A stretch of 64,000 nt of DNA from Balanoglossus misakiensis (GCA_040954595.2 CM082577.2:18388303-18452302); one strand, 5' to 3'. Positions 25,557 to 39,140 are shown, counted from the stretch's first letter. Made by a program: numbers and translations. The notes: generated by a model not told the origin, from the letters alone.

Positions 25557-26150
25557 GCCCGATTGGGCACTCATATATTTTGGTAATGCTGACATTTCTT
25601 GCAAAAACTTTATGTTAACGTGAATCTTTGAAACAAAAATTGTGGTTTAGGGGCATTTTCTTTCCTGGTGAGTGAACAATGAAGCAGATTTCAAGAAAAC
25701 AATTTGTAAACAAACTGGTCGGATTTCCACATGTGCGCTATGGTCGCCATCTTAACGCATCCAATTCTGTGTCAAGCGCCCGATTGGGCACTCATATATT
25801 TTGGTAATGCTGACATTTCTTGCAAAAACTTTATGTTAACGTGAATCTTTGAAACAAAAATTGTGGTTTAGGGGCATTTTCTTTCCTGGTGAGTGAACAA
25901 TGAAGCCCAGATTTCAAGAAAACAATTTGTAAACAAACTGGTCGGTTTTCCACGTGTGCGCTATGGTCGCCATCTTAACGCATCCAATTCTGTGTCAAGC
26001 GCCCGATTGGGCACTCATATATTTTGGTAATGCTGACATTTCTTGCAAAAACTTTATTTTAACGTGAATCTTTGAAACAAAAATTGTGGTTTATGGGCAT
26101 TTTCTTTCCTGGTGAGTGAACAATGAAACAGCTTTCAAGTAAACAATTTG
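25557..26150 (+). repeat. ~222-bp tandem repeat x2.7 in the P-like element 5' subterminal region
   Basis: GCCCGATTGGGCACTCATATATTTTGG at ~25557, ~25778 and ~26001. Confidence 0.9.
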
Positions 26151-26819
26151 TAATCCCCGTTGCAGCAGTTCAACTTTAGCAAGTACCGGTGGTACATGTT
26201 TCTTTGGGGCGTGTCCTCACAAAACAATAGTGTACACTTGCATTTTTTTAGCCATGGAGTAAGCTTCATATTTAGGCAAATAAGCTGAATGTGTTAATAA
26301 TTTTCTCTATATTTACCATGGTAAAAATGCCTTATAGCAACTTTAGAACAACCTCCTGATTATACTCAAAATTTGCATAAAATATACTTTACATTGAATT
26401 TTCTTAGATATTAAGTCATGTAGCAATATCAACATAAATAGTAAATTGTTGTTTGTAAAAGAAATAAATATTTATGTTATTTATTTCCAGGCTTTTTTCC
26501 AGGCACTATGCCTCGAATGAAAATAATTGGATACCGCCGAAAATTTACTGAGAAAAGACGGAAAAAAAAGTATGCAGCTACCCACCAAGTACCCACAAAA
26601 GAAAGCAATACAGTTATACAGTCAGAAAATGTTCATCAACACAACAACTCCACCCAAGAATGCCTTGACCAAACCTCACCAGATAAAGACACTCATCATA
26701 TATTGGACCATCCCAATTCACCAGCCATAGCCAATAAAATTAAAGCTACACAACCAAAAGACCCAGGGAATGAAACACAAAACACCACATATCAAAAAGG
26801 GCACGACCAACGTTTACCA

Positions 26820-27107
26820 GACAATCCTGAATCACCCACCATGGCCAGTAATGCAGCTATGGAACCAGCCTGCCTGGACAATCCCGAATCACCCACCATC
26901 GCCAGTAATGCAGCTATGGAACCAGCATGCCTGGACAATCCCGAATCACCCACCATCGCCAGTAATGCAGCTATGGAACCAGCATGCCTGGACAATCCCG
27001 AATCACCCACCATGGCCAATCATGCAGCTATCCAGGAACCAGCCTGCCTGGACAATCCCGCATCACCCACCATGGCCAGTAATACAGCTATGGAACCAGC
27101 ATGCCTT
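26820..27107 (+). repeat. 57-bp coding tandem repeat x5 (DNPESPTIASNAAMEPACL)
   Basis: Visible in the translation of ORF 26508-27698. Confidence 0.92.
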
Positions 27108-28256
27108 GAATTGCAAAAGGACACAACTCAAAGAGCACAGTGCGACACCTTGCCAGAAATTGCATCATCATCATCATCCAGTACATCATCCACAGAAAGT
27201 TGTCACCGTCCATCTCTTATCGAAACAGAAATTGCAACAGTTTATCATCAGTATCATCAGCTGCCATATGAAATCATTAGAGATGGAGTCAGCAAGTGCT
27301 TCTTGCCAGAGGGATGGATGCAGCAGTCTGATGACCAGTGTACAAAGTTTGTTTACTTAGCTCTTGATGCTAACGACCAAACTTGTATTGTCAAAGAAAT
27401 TGTAATGTTTTCAAACTTGAGCTGGCAAGTCAGAATCTATGGAAAAGACTGTAAACAAACAAAAGTCTTGCAACATTTTCCATCGATGGTAACAGGCATT
27501 TCAATGGCTCTAAAGTTGGTGGATGCAGTTCACAATAGCTGCCTTTGCATTGGCAATCCAGAAGAGAAATTTCAGGAGGCAGCTAACATACGAACTGGTG
27601 TGTTCCTGAGTCTGGGGCGAGACAGCAATGTTGTTGGGTATCAGCATAATGTAAGAGTGAGAACTGGACCAAACGAATACACTGACACAACCCTTTGATC
27701 GACAGGATGTGACCTGATAGTAGAAAGTGACAAGAAGAGGTGTCGTTCATGCTGGTCGTTTCGGAATTCCCTTTACAGTTTGGTCAACTATGACAAGAAA
27801 AAATCTAAGGAAGAAACTAGCTTGAACAAAGTTGGCCACAACAGTAGAGCACCACTTTACCAACTCTCACAAAATGAACTCTGCATGCGAACACGGAACC
27901 TGATAAAAGCCAAGAGAAACGTGGAATTGAGTGCATTTCGGCTGAAACAGAGACTGAGTAACAGCATCAAAGAGGATGGTGTGGAGTTGGGTGAAGACAT
28001 CAGTTCCAGTCTCAAGAGCCTTGTTGCAGAATGTGAAGATAAAGTGGTGAACGAATTTGCTGAAGGAAGCTTCCAGAGGTTGTTTTGGGAGCAGCAGACT
28101 AAAGCTCTGAGGTGTAACGACAGCCGAGGGATGAGATGGCATCCAATGTTTATAAAATGGTGTTTGAACATTAAACTTAGATCAACAGCAGCATATGAGG
28201 CCATGAGGAACTCTGGCATTATCAAACTTCCGCATGAAAGGACCCTCCTTGACTAT

Positions 28257-31200
28257 TAGTGCGGTATGGTATGTCAAGAAAAACAGCTCCCGTAGGATTT
28301 TTGTGCTAAAATTGATTTTTTTGGCTGTTTTGGCTTCTATGGGGACCCAACTACCCGAAAATGATGGGGTGCAATTTTAAGGGCCCCTCCATCATATTTT
28401 TCGGGGGGGGGGGTACTTCCGTTTTGTGGTATGACGTGTATTCCCGTAGGATTTTTGTGCTAAAATTGATTTTTTTGCTGTTTTGGCTTCAATGGGGACC
28501 CAACTACCCGAAAATGATGGGGTGCAATTTTTAGGGCCCCTCCATCATATTTTTCTGGGGGGGGGGGGTCACTCCTGTTTTGGCCTCCCCGAAGATATTT
28601 ATTCACCTATCTACTCCATTTTCGTTGAATTTTCTGCTAAAGATTTTTTTTTGCTGTTTTGACTTAAATGGGGACCCACCTGGTCACAAAAGATTACATG
28701 CAAATTTTAGGGCCCCTCTATTACATTTGTGGGGGGGCGCACTTCCATTTCGACAATCTTAACGGTATTTATTCGCCTATTTCGTGTATTCTCGTAGGAG
28801 TTTTGGCTAATAGTTATTTGTTTTGTTTGCTGTTTTGGTTTCAATGATGAATAAACATCCCCGAAATGATGGAAATCAATTTGTTGGACCCCTCCATCAC
28901 ATTTTCTTGCAGGGGGGGGGGTCACTTTAGTTTTAGCAGCCCTGGAGATATTTGTTCATTGATCTAACCTTCATAGTGTGACATGTGTATTTGTAAAGGA
29001 TTTCTTCCAATTTCCTTTTTTTTAAACTTCTATGGGGACCTAACTGCTCAAAAATGAGGGAGGTCAAATTTTAGGGCCTCTCCACATTTTGGGAATCTCA
29101 AATATTAGACGGTTTATGGGGTAAACATATCAGTTACCTACATTTGTATCAGTTGTCACATATACTACAGCGCTATCTTAGTTTTATAAACATACTTAGT
29201 TGAATTATGACACTAACAAATCAACCTAAATATCTCTCTGATTTGGACTAATATACCTCCCCTCCAAAATATACCTCCCCTCACCTTGGACCGCCACCCA
29301 ACTCATCACCACACTCATGTTTTCAATGGTTTACAAAAGTATAGTATACTAGGCTATACCAAAAAGTATAATGTATTAGGGTTACTCTTTTTTCTCTTTC
29401 CCGGGGCAATTAGTGAAAGTCTGTGTAGATGTGAACTTTGTCGTTAAGAGTTGTTTATTCTTTCGTAGCACAATCAATGTCTGAGTTATTTACCATTGTA
29501 CTAAAATTCTCACCGCTATCAGTCTGTGCAAAAACTCTGAAGTACGTTTTAGTTCAACACTTGTTTTTTAGGGTATTAAAACGATATTCAGTTGAACTCA
29601 TTTCAAAGTTAAATACTGTCGTTAATAAAGCCTGTAAAGTACATATCAGTTGAAGTATTGTCTATTTTAAAATAGTATTTTCAAAATTTTCATGTCAATA
29701 GCGTAATAGTGCTGTAAAAAGCCCTTGAATTATGTCTTACTTCTAAAACTTGTTTTGGTAAACATTAACAATATCAAATTTGGGGCTCATTTTGTAGCTC
29801 AATACTACTGAAAATAAAACAAGTTTGTGAACTACATCTCAGTTTTATTACTAAATACATATTGGCTATTTCCTTAGCACCGTAAGCCGCGTTTTACGTT
29901 CCAGATCGATAGCTATTTGGCCATTTTGCAATAAACTACAGAATTAATATGTCAGATAAAAACAAGATTTGCGTGATCTGGTAAAACGGTGCCACCCCTT
30001 CATCACAATGAGGGATAAATCATACGCAACAAATTGTTCTGAACTTCCACCAATCGAAAAGAATGGGTGGAAATCGGAGAATGGCGTGTTTTATCCAGTA
30101 AAATGTCTTGCTCTCCCTGCACCATAGGCAGTACTAGAGCTTATCAAATGTGGCTGCAAAGCAGGTTGTAGGGGACGTTGCAGTTGCTCAAAGAATGATT
30201 TACCATGTACTCCGCTCTGCAAATGCTATGGTGGCGACTGAAAACCAATTAAGGGAAAATGTTCTTGAAGATAACGACACTGACGATGAGTAGATCAAAC
30301 AGAACTGGTTTTTGTGAAAATGATGATTGAGAATACCAAGATATCAGAAAAGAATCGTTATGCTTCTTGGGTTGTTTATTGCACCTTCCGTGGTAGGGAG
30401 GGTGCCTCAAGGGTTCATTTTATGAGATGGGACTGTAGCTCGGAAAATAAACTAAAATACACATTATGTACTTTATTATATATAAAGGAGTTTTAAATTT
30501 ACCTTAGTATACTAAATTTAGAATAAACGAAAAAATCAACGATTAAAAAACAACTGTTACAACGGGTTGGCGAAAACAAATGTAGAGAACCCCCCCCCCC
30601 CCCCCCCCACCAAAAAAATGTGGTAAAGGGGTCCAACATTTTGCACACCATCACTTTTCGGCAGTCAGTCTGCATTCAAGCCAGAGGAGCAAACCAAATT
30701 GCAAGAAATACCACGACAATACTAACCGTATAGTAAATAGGTGAACAAGTATCTTCAGGGTGGCAAAAACAGATGATTACCCCCCCCCCCCCCAGACATG
30801 ATGGAAGGTTCAAAAAATTTGAACCCCATCATTTTAGTTCTGGTGGAGCCCCATTGAAACCAAAACATCAAAGAAAAATAATATTTTTAGCAAAATATTC
30901 TATGAGAAGGGAGTAAATAGGCCAACAAACAACTTCGGAGTGGCCAAAAGGGAAGTGCCCCCCCCCCCTCCAATATAAAATGATGGAGGGCCCTATAATT
31001 TGCACCCTATTATTTTTGGCCAGGTGGGTCCCCTCCAAAGCAAAAACAACAAAAACAAATTAATTGTAGCCCAAATTCCCATGATAATAGAGTAAATAGG
31101 CCAACAAACAACTTCGGAGTGGCCAAAATGGAAGTGCCCCCCCCCCAAATAAAAAATGATGGAGGGGCCCTTTAATTTGCACCCTATTATTTTTGGCCAG

Positions 31201-31609
31201 GTGGGTCCCCTCCAAAGCAAAAACAACAAAAACAAATTAATTGTAGCCCAAATTCCCATGATGATAGAGTAAATAGGTGAACAAATATCCTCGAGTGACT
31301 ACAACAGAAGAGACCCCCCGAAAAAAAATTGATGGAGGGGCCCTAAAAATTGCACCCCATGATTTTTCGGTAGTTGGGTCCCCATTGAAGCCAAACAGCA
31401 AAAAAAATCAATTTTAGCACAAAAATCCTACGGGAATACACATCATACCACAAAACGGAAGTACCCTCCTCCCCATAAAAATATGATGGAGGGGCCCTTA
31501 AAATTGCACCCCATCATTTTCGGGTAGTTGGGTCCCCATAGAAGCCAAAACAGCAAAAAAATCAATTTTAGCACAAAAATCCTACGGGAATACACATCAT
31601 ACCACACTA
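28257..31609 (+). mobile_element. Non-autonomous Academ-like DNA transposon inserted in the P-like transposase
   Basis: Termini TAGTG(C/T)GGTATG...CATACCACACTA; 3-bp TSD TAT; long inverted arms built of ~150-bp units; internal relic 30041-30241 encodes GW...LIKCGCKAGCRGRCSCSKNDLPCTPLCKC. Removing it restores the frame LLDY-THW. Confidence 0.8.
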
Positions 31610-34438
31610 TATACCCATTGGACCAAGAGTGGGGTTGGTTTCCTGCCTGACATTGTTGAACAGCTGCAACGGGAATGTAACTTCTCCGACCTACAGGAAC
31701 ATCAGAAATATGTGGTGTTGTTACATGATGAAGTCAAAATCAAAGCTGACCTGGTGTTTGACAAAAGTTCTGGTGAAATTGTTGGCTTTGTTGACACAGG
31801 CAAATTCAACAATGCCTTGTCTCAGTTTGAAAGCCAGGTCAAGGGAAAATCATCAGAACCTTCCATAGCAAAATACATGTTGGTCTTCATGGTCCGAGGA
31901 ATTGCAATTCGACTGACCTACCCGGACTGACTGGCACATTTCCCTACAACATCAATCACCTCCGACTACTTGTATTCTCTTGTCTGGGAGGCAATCAAAG
32001 TCCTTGAATATGCTGGATTCAAGGTGATAGCATCTACATCTGATGGGGCATCGCCCAATCGTCGATTTTATGGACTGCATGGGACTGCTGGTTGTAATGA
32101 AGTTGTGTATAAGACACCAAACCGCTATGCTGATGAAGATGAGAGATACGTTTACTTCTTTTCAGATGCCCCACATCTAATTAAGACCACAAGGAATTGT
32201 TGGGCCAATTCTGGTTCACACAACAAGAAACGATTGTTATGGGTATGTATGCACATTATATGCTTACATGTACATTTGTACATTGTCAATGAATTACTTA
32301 AATATAATTTTTTTTTTCAAGTACAAATGTAGACAAAGCAGAACATGATGTGTGGTGGTTGAAATGTTTTTGTTCTTGAGACTTCATTAATAAATTGTTT
32401 TTTATGTTTATTTATTTTCCAGAATGGCGAGTACATTGTATGGAAAACTGTCAGAGATCTATACAAAGCTGATTTAGAAAGGGGTGGCCTGTTCCTCTGT
32501 AACAAAATTACGTATGAACACGTTCACCTAACATCATATGCACGCATGAAGGTTAAATATGCTGCACAGGTAACTATACTGAATGTCATTTGATATGCAA
32601 TTGATAGCACTCATTCACTAAAAGCTTGATAGCAGTGATTAATTATTCTTTAAACAAAGTCAGTTCCCAAAGCCAAGTCCTATTTAAATGAGTGTCAAAA
32701 CAAGCAATTTACCCATTCATAAATGCATTCAATTCATTATACTTATTCGTGTTTTATGTTTCAGGTTCTCAGCACAACTGTTGCTAATGCTATTGAACTG
32801 AATCCACCAAATCGGGATTGTAACCAGTTGGCACCCACAGTGGAATTTATCAGAATGTTCGATAAATTCTTTGATTGTTTAAATGTCAGAAGTATGAACG
32901 AAGGCCGATTAAAACGGAAACCAAACCTAAATCCATATCGGTCTCCTGATGACCCTAGACTGCAGGTTTGCATTGATTCTTGGCAAAGTGTGATTTCATG
33001 TATTTTGGAGGGAGACACAATGCTGCTTGTAATCATAATGCCATTTTGTTCTTAATTTTTCAGTTGGGAAACTCCCATTCATGTTTACTTTAAAAACTTC
33101 TTCAATTTCAGTGGCTGACAGGTGTATTCTTAAATTATTTGAGGGACTGGAGTAACCGAGTTGCTGCCAGAGAAGGCCTAAGCAAGTCAGAAAAAAACAA
33201 GATGAAACTCAGCAGACAGACACTAGAAGGATTATTTATGACAGGTAAAATTGCCCTGAATTAATAAAAAAAACTTTAATCGTGGTATTTGAATTTTGAC
33301 ATACCTTTTAAACTATCTTTCTTTGAATCAAACCATGTATGTTCTTATTTTCAGTCAATTCAATGGTTGAAGCCACCCAATACCTCCTGGGGCAACCCGG
33401 TATCAACTGCGTCCTTTCGGAGAAGTTTAATCAAGATCCACTTGAGTCGTATTTTGGAAACCACCGCCAAATGAAAGGTGGCAATGAAGCCCCTACTGTG
33501 CACCAATTTCACCAACACGCTAACAGCCCAAGGATGAAAAGCTCAACGCTTCTTAGTGTGAGAGGAAGCAGTGTCCAGGGAGTAGTAGCAGATAATGAAG
33601 TTGATAGCACTGCGCTCCCAAAGAGAAGCAGATAATTTATGCGATTTTGTTCAAATGAGTTGTCATTGCCAAAAAGTATGCAAATTGGCTGAGAAAATGT
33701 TAAATTTTGGTCATTGCTCAGGAACTTAACAACCACTGGTCAGATTGATTTGAAAGTTGATATGCATGTATCATGTGTATCTTATGTCAGCCTTGTACAG
33801 TCTTGTAAATATTGGCCAAATGTTATGAATTTTCTAATTTTTATGCATTATTTCTTTTCCACATTGGTAAAAAATCTTCTTTCCTGAAAGCGAAATTTAG
33901 TATGAAGCTTCCCATGTGATCAGAGTTACCATAGTTTTGTATAAATTGTTGAGTTCTAGTCCAAAATGAATTTTACTGTACAGAAAAATTCATGGTCATT
34001 ATCTATTTTGTCAATTGAATACACAAACATGCATCAGTTTAATGGCACACAACACTAAAGATTATGAAGTAAAATAAGTTTTATTACGAAAAATAAAATT
34101 TCATGAACTAAAACTTGTGTCCCTTGAGTTGCTTGTCCATACCACAGTGTTCTGATGGAGAGTTGTCATTGACAATTTGTTCTTGCAACAATTGTAAAAA
34201 TTACTTCCAAATTAACGCACCCCTACCCAGAATGAAAGTCAAAATACATTTTTTGATTTTCAGTTATTAAAATGTAAACCCCCGGTTTACAAAAAAATAC
34301 AAACAAACAGCATTAAGGATAAAAATACAACAGAAAACATTCAACTGCAGAAGAGAGAATGCTGAAAACAATGAGTCCACACAATTAGTACTTTAAATTA
34401 TGAACACAGTGTTCAGAACATGGCTCAATCCTAAAAAT

Positions 34439-36465
34439 TCACACTACTTTCAGTCCTTTGCGCAGTCCTTTGTTTCCACTTTTAGACAGTCCTTCTTTCA
34501 CCTTGTACTGCTGAACCATCATCCTGGCTGTAGAGTGTCCGCGTATATTGACCCACATCTTCACACACATTTTCAATAGACTAATGGCTTGTTCTTCGTT
34601 AAGGTTACCAGAGATGTCACGCCAGTATAGTAAGGCAAGCTTGTCAGCTAGAACAACTTCACAAACAGTCTCTCGCAAATTACCCCCAAGAGAGAATTTC
34701 TGTCTGAAGACATGTTCAACTCGCCTGAAGAAGAGATATGTGTTGTCATTAACATGCAAGCCTCCCCTGTTCTCCTTCTCAATCCACTGTTTTGAATAAG
34801 ACAGAAATGTGTGTACATGTTCTGTGTCTGTCATAGATGACAGACATTCAACCAGTGGTGCCATTCCATGCAGTTTTTTAAGTCTCCTGGTGAGAGCCAT
34901 AGGTATGTATCCACATGCATACCTCAGAATATTTTCATCGGTTGCACTCATATTCATCATCCTGCTTTCATCGCTGTCAACTTCTGTTCTCTCTCTCTGT
35001 AAAACCAATGTCTCGAACAAGGCATCTGCAATCATATTGTTGTCTCGTTTTGAGACTTTCATAGACAACTGCAAGTTAGAAAATACATTGGATACTGCCT
35101 GGCTCAATTGTCCTGATATGGCTATTGCATGGTATTTCTTGTACATGGCTTCTCTATGACTACAACCAATAACAATGGAATCCCCTGCTGTCACAGCTGG
35201 CCATATTACTTGTACCACTGACTCCATGCTGCTTATCACCTTATCTGGGGACTTCTGGACTGCAGCATGAAGGGAAGTCAGCAATTCTTTCAGGGAACGC
35301 ATTCCTGGGATGTTATCCCCACCTTTAATGTAAGGCTTGTTGAGTAAGTTCACCAGAGATGTGTCTAACAGCCACATGGCATCTTTGATAGCATCATCCT
35401 GAGAGTAACATGCAGTGATTTTAGCATGATGACGTGGACCTGCGAACAAAGAAGAGATTCATATTAAATCATGGATGTGTTCTTTGTACAGAGGTAACTT
35501 TCAACATAGACACTGGGATAATAAGAAAACATTGAGAAATTGAAACCCCAAGATCAATGGTTGTGACAACATACTGCTGGTCATAGATAGATGACAAACA
35601 TTTATAATCATGTTATGAGGCAGGAAACAACACATGGGAACCAAAAAAAAGATATATACAATTACTGTACATGTACTGATATCAGTATCATTTTGTATAT
35701 AAAGTAACAATATAGCATTGATAAAGTTAGTTATTTCAACACCACACCATACACCCTAGAGTCTATGATCACACCATAATTAAAAACACAGAAAAGCTTA
35801 CCATTTTTCTTTCTTTTGTCATCCGGATTATCATTTTCCACCCCACCTTCACCAACTTGACCAAGTGACATTGACTTTACTTTAGAATCTGTAAAATGAT
35901 TAGGAAAACAGTGTCAAAATATGCACACAATAAAACTTATTTTTATAACATTCCATGTGACTCATTGATAATGATAAAATACAGATAAAATACACTACAG
36001 ATAATCTACACGTAAATTCAGCACAATACTACGACTGCAAGCGTGCCAAACATGAACAGCTGACCACTCACAGGTCGACATCGCCATAGTCAACATTTCA
36101 GCAAATTGTTCCCAAACACTGTCAGTGATCATAGTACAAAATAATAATCATTCATTTACCTTGAATATGGTGTCCTTTTAAAAGGTGGGATTTGCACCCT
36201 TGCTTGGATCTGAAATCTTTGCTGCAAATGTTGCAGGTGAAAGTTTTTCGTTTATCGGGACCTTCGTGAATAGTGGTATCGATGTACTGCACGAGGAAAC
36301 TGAGATCGCGCCGATCCCGTTTTACTGGTTTTGGACTTGTTCGTCACTGCTCCCCTCGCTGTTCACTGAGTTGTCATCATCACTCGACATACAGTTTAAA
36401 TCGTTGAAAACGTCATTAAACTCGACGTCTTGAGCACTGCATGTTAACTCGGACACGGAAGCCAT
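34439..36465 (-). pseudogene. Second gene of the P-like element: acidic N-terminus, C2H2 zinc finger and a domain resembling the P-transposase C-terminus; exons ~36465-36160, 35888-35802, 35439-34439
   Basis: FTCNICSKDFRSKQGCKSHLLKGH (36241-36170); phase-compatible GT-AG introns; LRYACGYIP and WIEKENRGGL; one apparent frameshift near 36325. Confidence 0.75.
35748..35767. mobile_element. 20-bp fused-TIR remnant of a P-like element, flanked by a near-perfect 7-bp TSD
   Basis: CATACACC-CTAG-AGTCTATG matches the two TIR tips of the host element; flanks ACCACAC and ATCACAC. Confidence 0.7.
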
Positions 36466-36713
36466 TGCAATTACATGTAGTATTAGTTTGTGATCGGCTA
36501 ATTAACATAATCACGTTGCAGTTTTCTCATCTTTTACGAGAGGTTCTGATGTGTTCGAGATTAACATCTTGCAAAACGCGAGACTTTGCGTTAGTTTATT
36601 CGTTGTTTATTGCTAATTGGATTATTGGGGATTATCCGGAAATAATGTATGCAAAAGAACATCGTTTCAAGAAAAAACTGGAGTTGCGCGTCCTTCTTTC
36701 TCTAGGGTCTATG

Positions 36714-39140
36714 ATTCTGCAGAATCATCAAGTAATACATTCTGCAGATTTATCAACTTGTTTAAAAGAATGTGTCAGAAAATATTTCTTAACCTTCCAG
36801 AACGCCAGTAATACATTCTGCAGAATTATCAAGTAATACATTCTGCAGAATTATCAACTTATTTAAAAGAATGTGTCAGAAAATATTTCTTAACCTTCCA
36901 GAACGCCAGTAATACATTCTGCAGAATTATCAAGTAATACATAGAATTATCAACTTGTTTAAAAGAATGTGTCAGAAAATATTTCTTAACCTTCCAGAAC
37001 GCCAGTAATACATTCTGCAGAATTATCAAGTAATACATTCTGCAGAATTATCTACTTATTTCAAAGAATGTGTCAGAAAATATTTCTTAACCTTCCAGAA
37101 CGCCAGTAATACATTCTGCAGAATTATCAAGTAATACATTCTGCAGTATTATCAAGTAATACATTCTGCAGAATTATCAACTTTTTTAAAGAATGTGTCA
37201 GAAAATATTTCTTAACCTTCCAGAACGCCAGTAATACATTCTGCAGAATCATCAAGTAATACATTCTGCAGAATTATCAACTTGTTTAAAAGAATGTGTC
37301 AGAAAATGTTTCTTAACCTTCCAGAACGCCAGTAATACATTCTGCAGAATTATCAAGTAATACATTCTGCAGAATTATCAACTTATTTAAAAGAATGTGT
37401 CAGAAAATATTTCTTAACCTTCCAGAACGCCAGTAATACATTCTGCAGAATTATCAAGTAATACATAGAATTATCAACTTGTTTAAAAGAATGTGTCAGA
37501 AAATATTTCTTAACCTTCCAGAACGCCAGTAATACATTCTGCAGAATTATCAAGTAATACATAGAATTATCAACTTGTTTAAAAGAATGTGTCAGAAAAT
37601 ATTTCTTAACCTTCCAGAACGCCAGTAATACATTCTGCAGAATTATCAAGTAATACATTCTGCAGAATTATCAACTTGTTTAAAAGAATGTGTCAGAAAA
37701 TATTTCTTAACCTTCCAGAACGCCAGTAATACATTCTGCTGAATTATCAAGTTATACATTCTGCAGAATTATCAAGTAATACATTCTGCAGAATTATCAA
37801 CTTATTTCAAAGAATGTGTCAGAAAATATTTCTTAACCTTCCAGAACTCCAGTAATACATTCTGCAGAATTATCAAGTAATACATTCTGCAGAATTATCA
37901 AGTAATACATTCTGCAGAATTATCAAGTAATACATTCTGCAGATTTATCAACTTGTTTAAAAGAATGTGTCAGAAAATATTTCTTAACCTTCCAGAACGC
38001 CAGTAATACATTCTGCAGAATTATCAAGTAATACATTCTGCAGATTTATCAACTTGTTTAAAAGAATGTGTCAGAAAATATTTCTTAACCTTCCAGAACG
38101 CCAGTAATACATTCTGCAGAATTATCAAGTAATACATTCTGCAGAATTATCAACTTGTTTAAAAGAATGTGTCAGAAAATATTTCTTAACCTTCCAGAAC
38201 GCCAGTAATACATTCTGCAGAATTATCAAGTAATACATTCTGCAGAATTATCAACTTGTTTAAAAGAATGTGTCAGAAAATATTTCTTAACCTTCCAGAA
38301 CGCCAGTAATACATTCTGCAGAATTATCAAGTAATACATTCTGCAGAATTATCAAGTAATACATTCTGCAGAATTATCAACTTGTTTAAAAGAATGTGTC
38401 AGAAAATATTTCTTAACCTTCCAGAACGCCAGTAATACATTCGGCAGAATTATCAAGTAATACATTCTGCAGAATTATCAACTTGTTTAAAAGAATGTGT
38501 CAGAAAATATTTCTTAACCTTCCAGAACGCCAGTAATACATTCTGCAGAATTATCAAGTAATACATTCTGCAGAATTATCAACTTGTTTAAAAGAATGTG
38601 TCAGAAAATATTTCTTAACCTTCCAGAACGCCAGTAATACATTCTGCAGAATTATCAAGTTATACATTCTGCAGAATTATCAAGTAATACATTCTGCAGA
38701 ATTATCTACTTATTTCAAAGAATGTGTCAGAAAATATTTCTTAACCTTCCAGAACGCCAGTAATACATTCTGCAGAATTATCAAGTAATACATTCTGCAG
38801 AATTATCAACTTGTTTAAAAGAATGTGTCAGAAAATATTTCTTAACCTTCCAGAACGCCAGTAATACATTCTGCAGAATTATCAAGTAATACATTCTGCA
38901 GAATTATCAAGTAATACATTCTGCAGAATTATCAACTTGTTTAAAAGAATGTGTCAGAAAATATTTCTTAACCTTCCAGAACGCCAGTAATACATTCTGC
39001 AGAATTATCAAGTAATACATTCTGCAGAATTATCAACTTGTTTAAAAGAATGTGTCAGAAAATATTTCTTAACCTTCCAGAACGCCAGTAATACATTTTG
39101 CAGAATTATCAACTTGTTTAAAAGAATGTGTCAGAAAATG
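36714..39140 (+). repeat. Satellite array, right part (same 76+25-bp units, >20 copies)
   Basis: Continues the array interrupted at 24953. Confidence 0.98.

Larger units (their letters stand above)
26508..33635 (+). pseudogene. P-element/THAP9-like transposase (exons 26508-32242 minus the insertion, 32423-32569, 32765-32965, 33112-33244, 33355-33635)
   Basis: MRWHP..WCL, LPHERTLLDY|THW, LLHDEVKIK (D1), STSDGASPNR (D2), SDAPHLIKTTRN, RMKVKYAAQVLS, FDCLN, NQDPLESYFG (E). Stops at 27696 and 31928; interrupted at 28257-31609. Confidence 0.93.
24954..36713 (+). mobile_element. Complete P-superfamily DNA transposon with two convergent genes
   Basis: 32-bp TIR CATAGACCCTAGAGAAAGAAGGA(T/C)GCGCAACT at both ends; 7-bp TSD ATTCTGC (24947-24953 and 36714-36720); internal P-type transposase. 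Confidence 0.93.

Noticed and set aside
36714-39140. CRISPR-like appearance of the regular repeat array
   Set aside because: No unique spacers and no cas genes; it is a tandem satellite in eukaryotic DNA.
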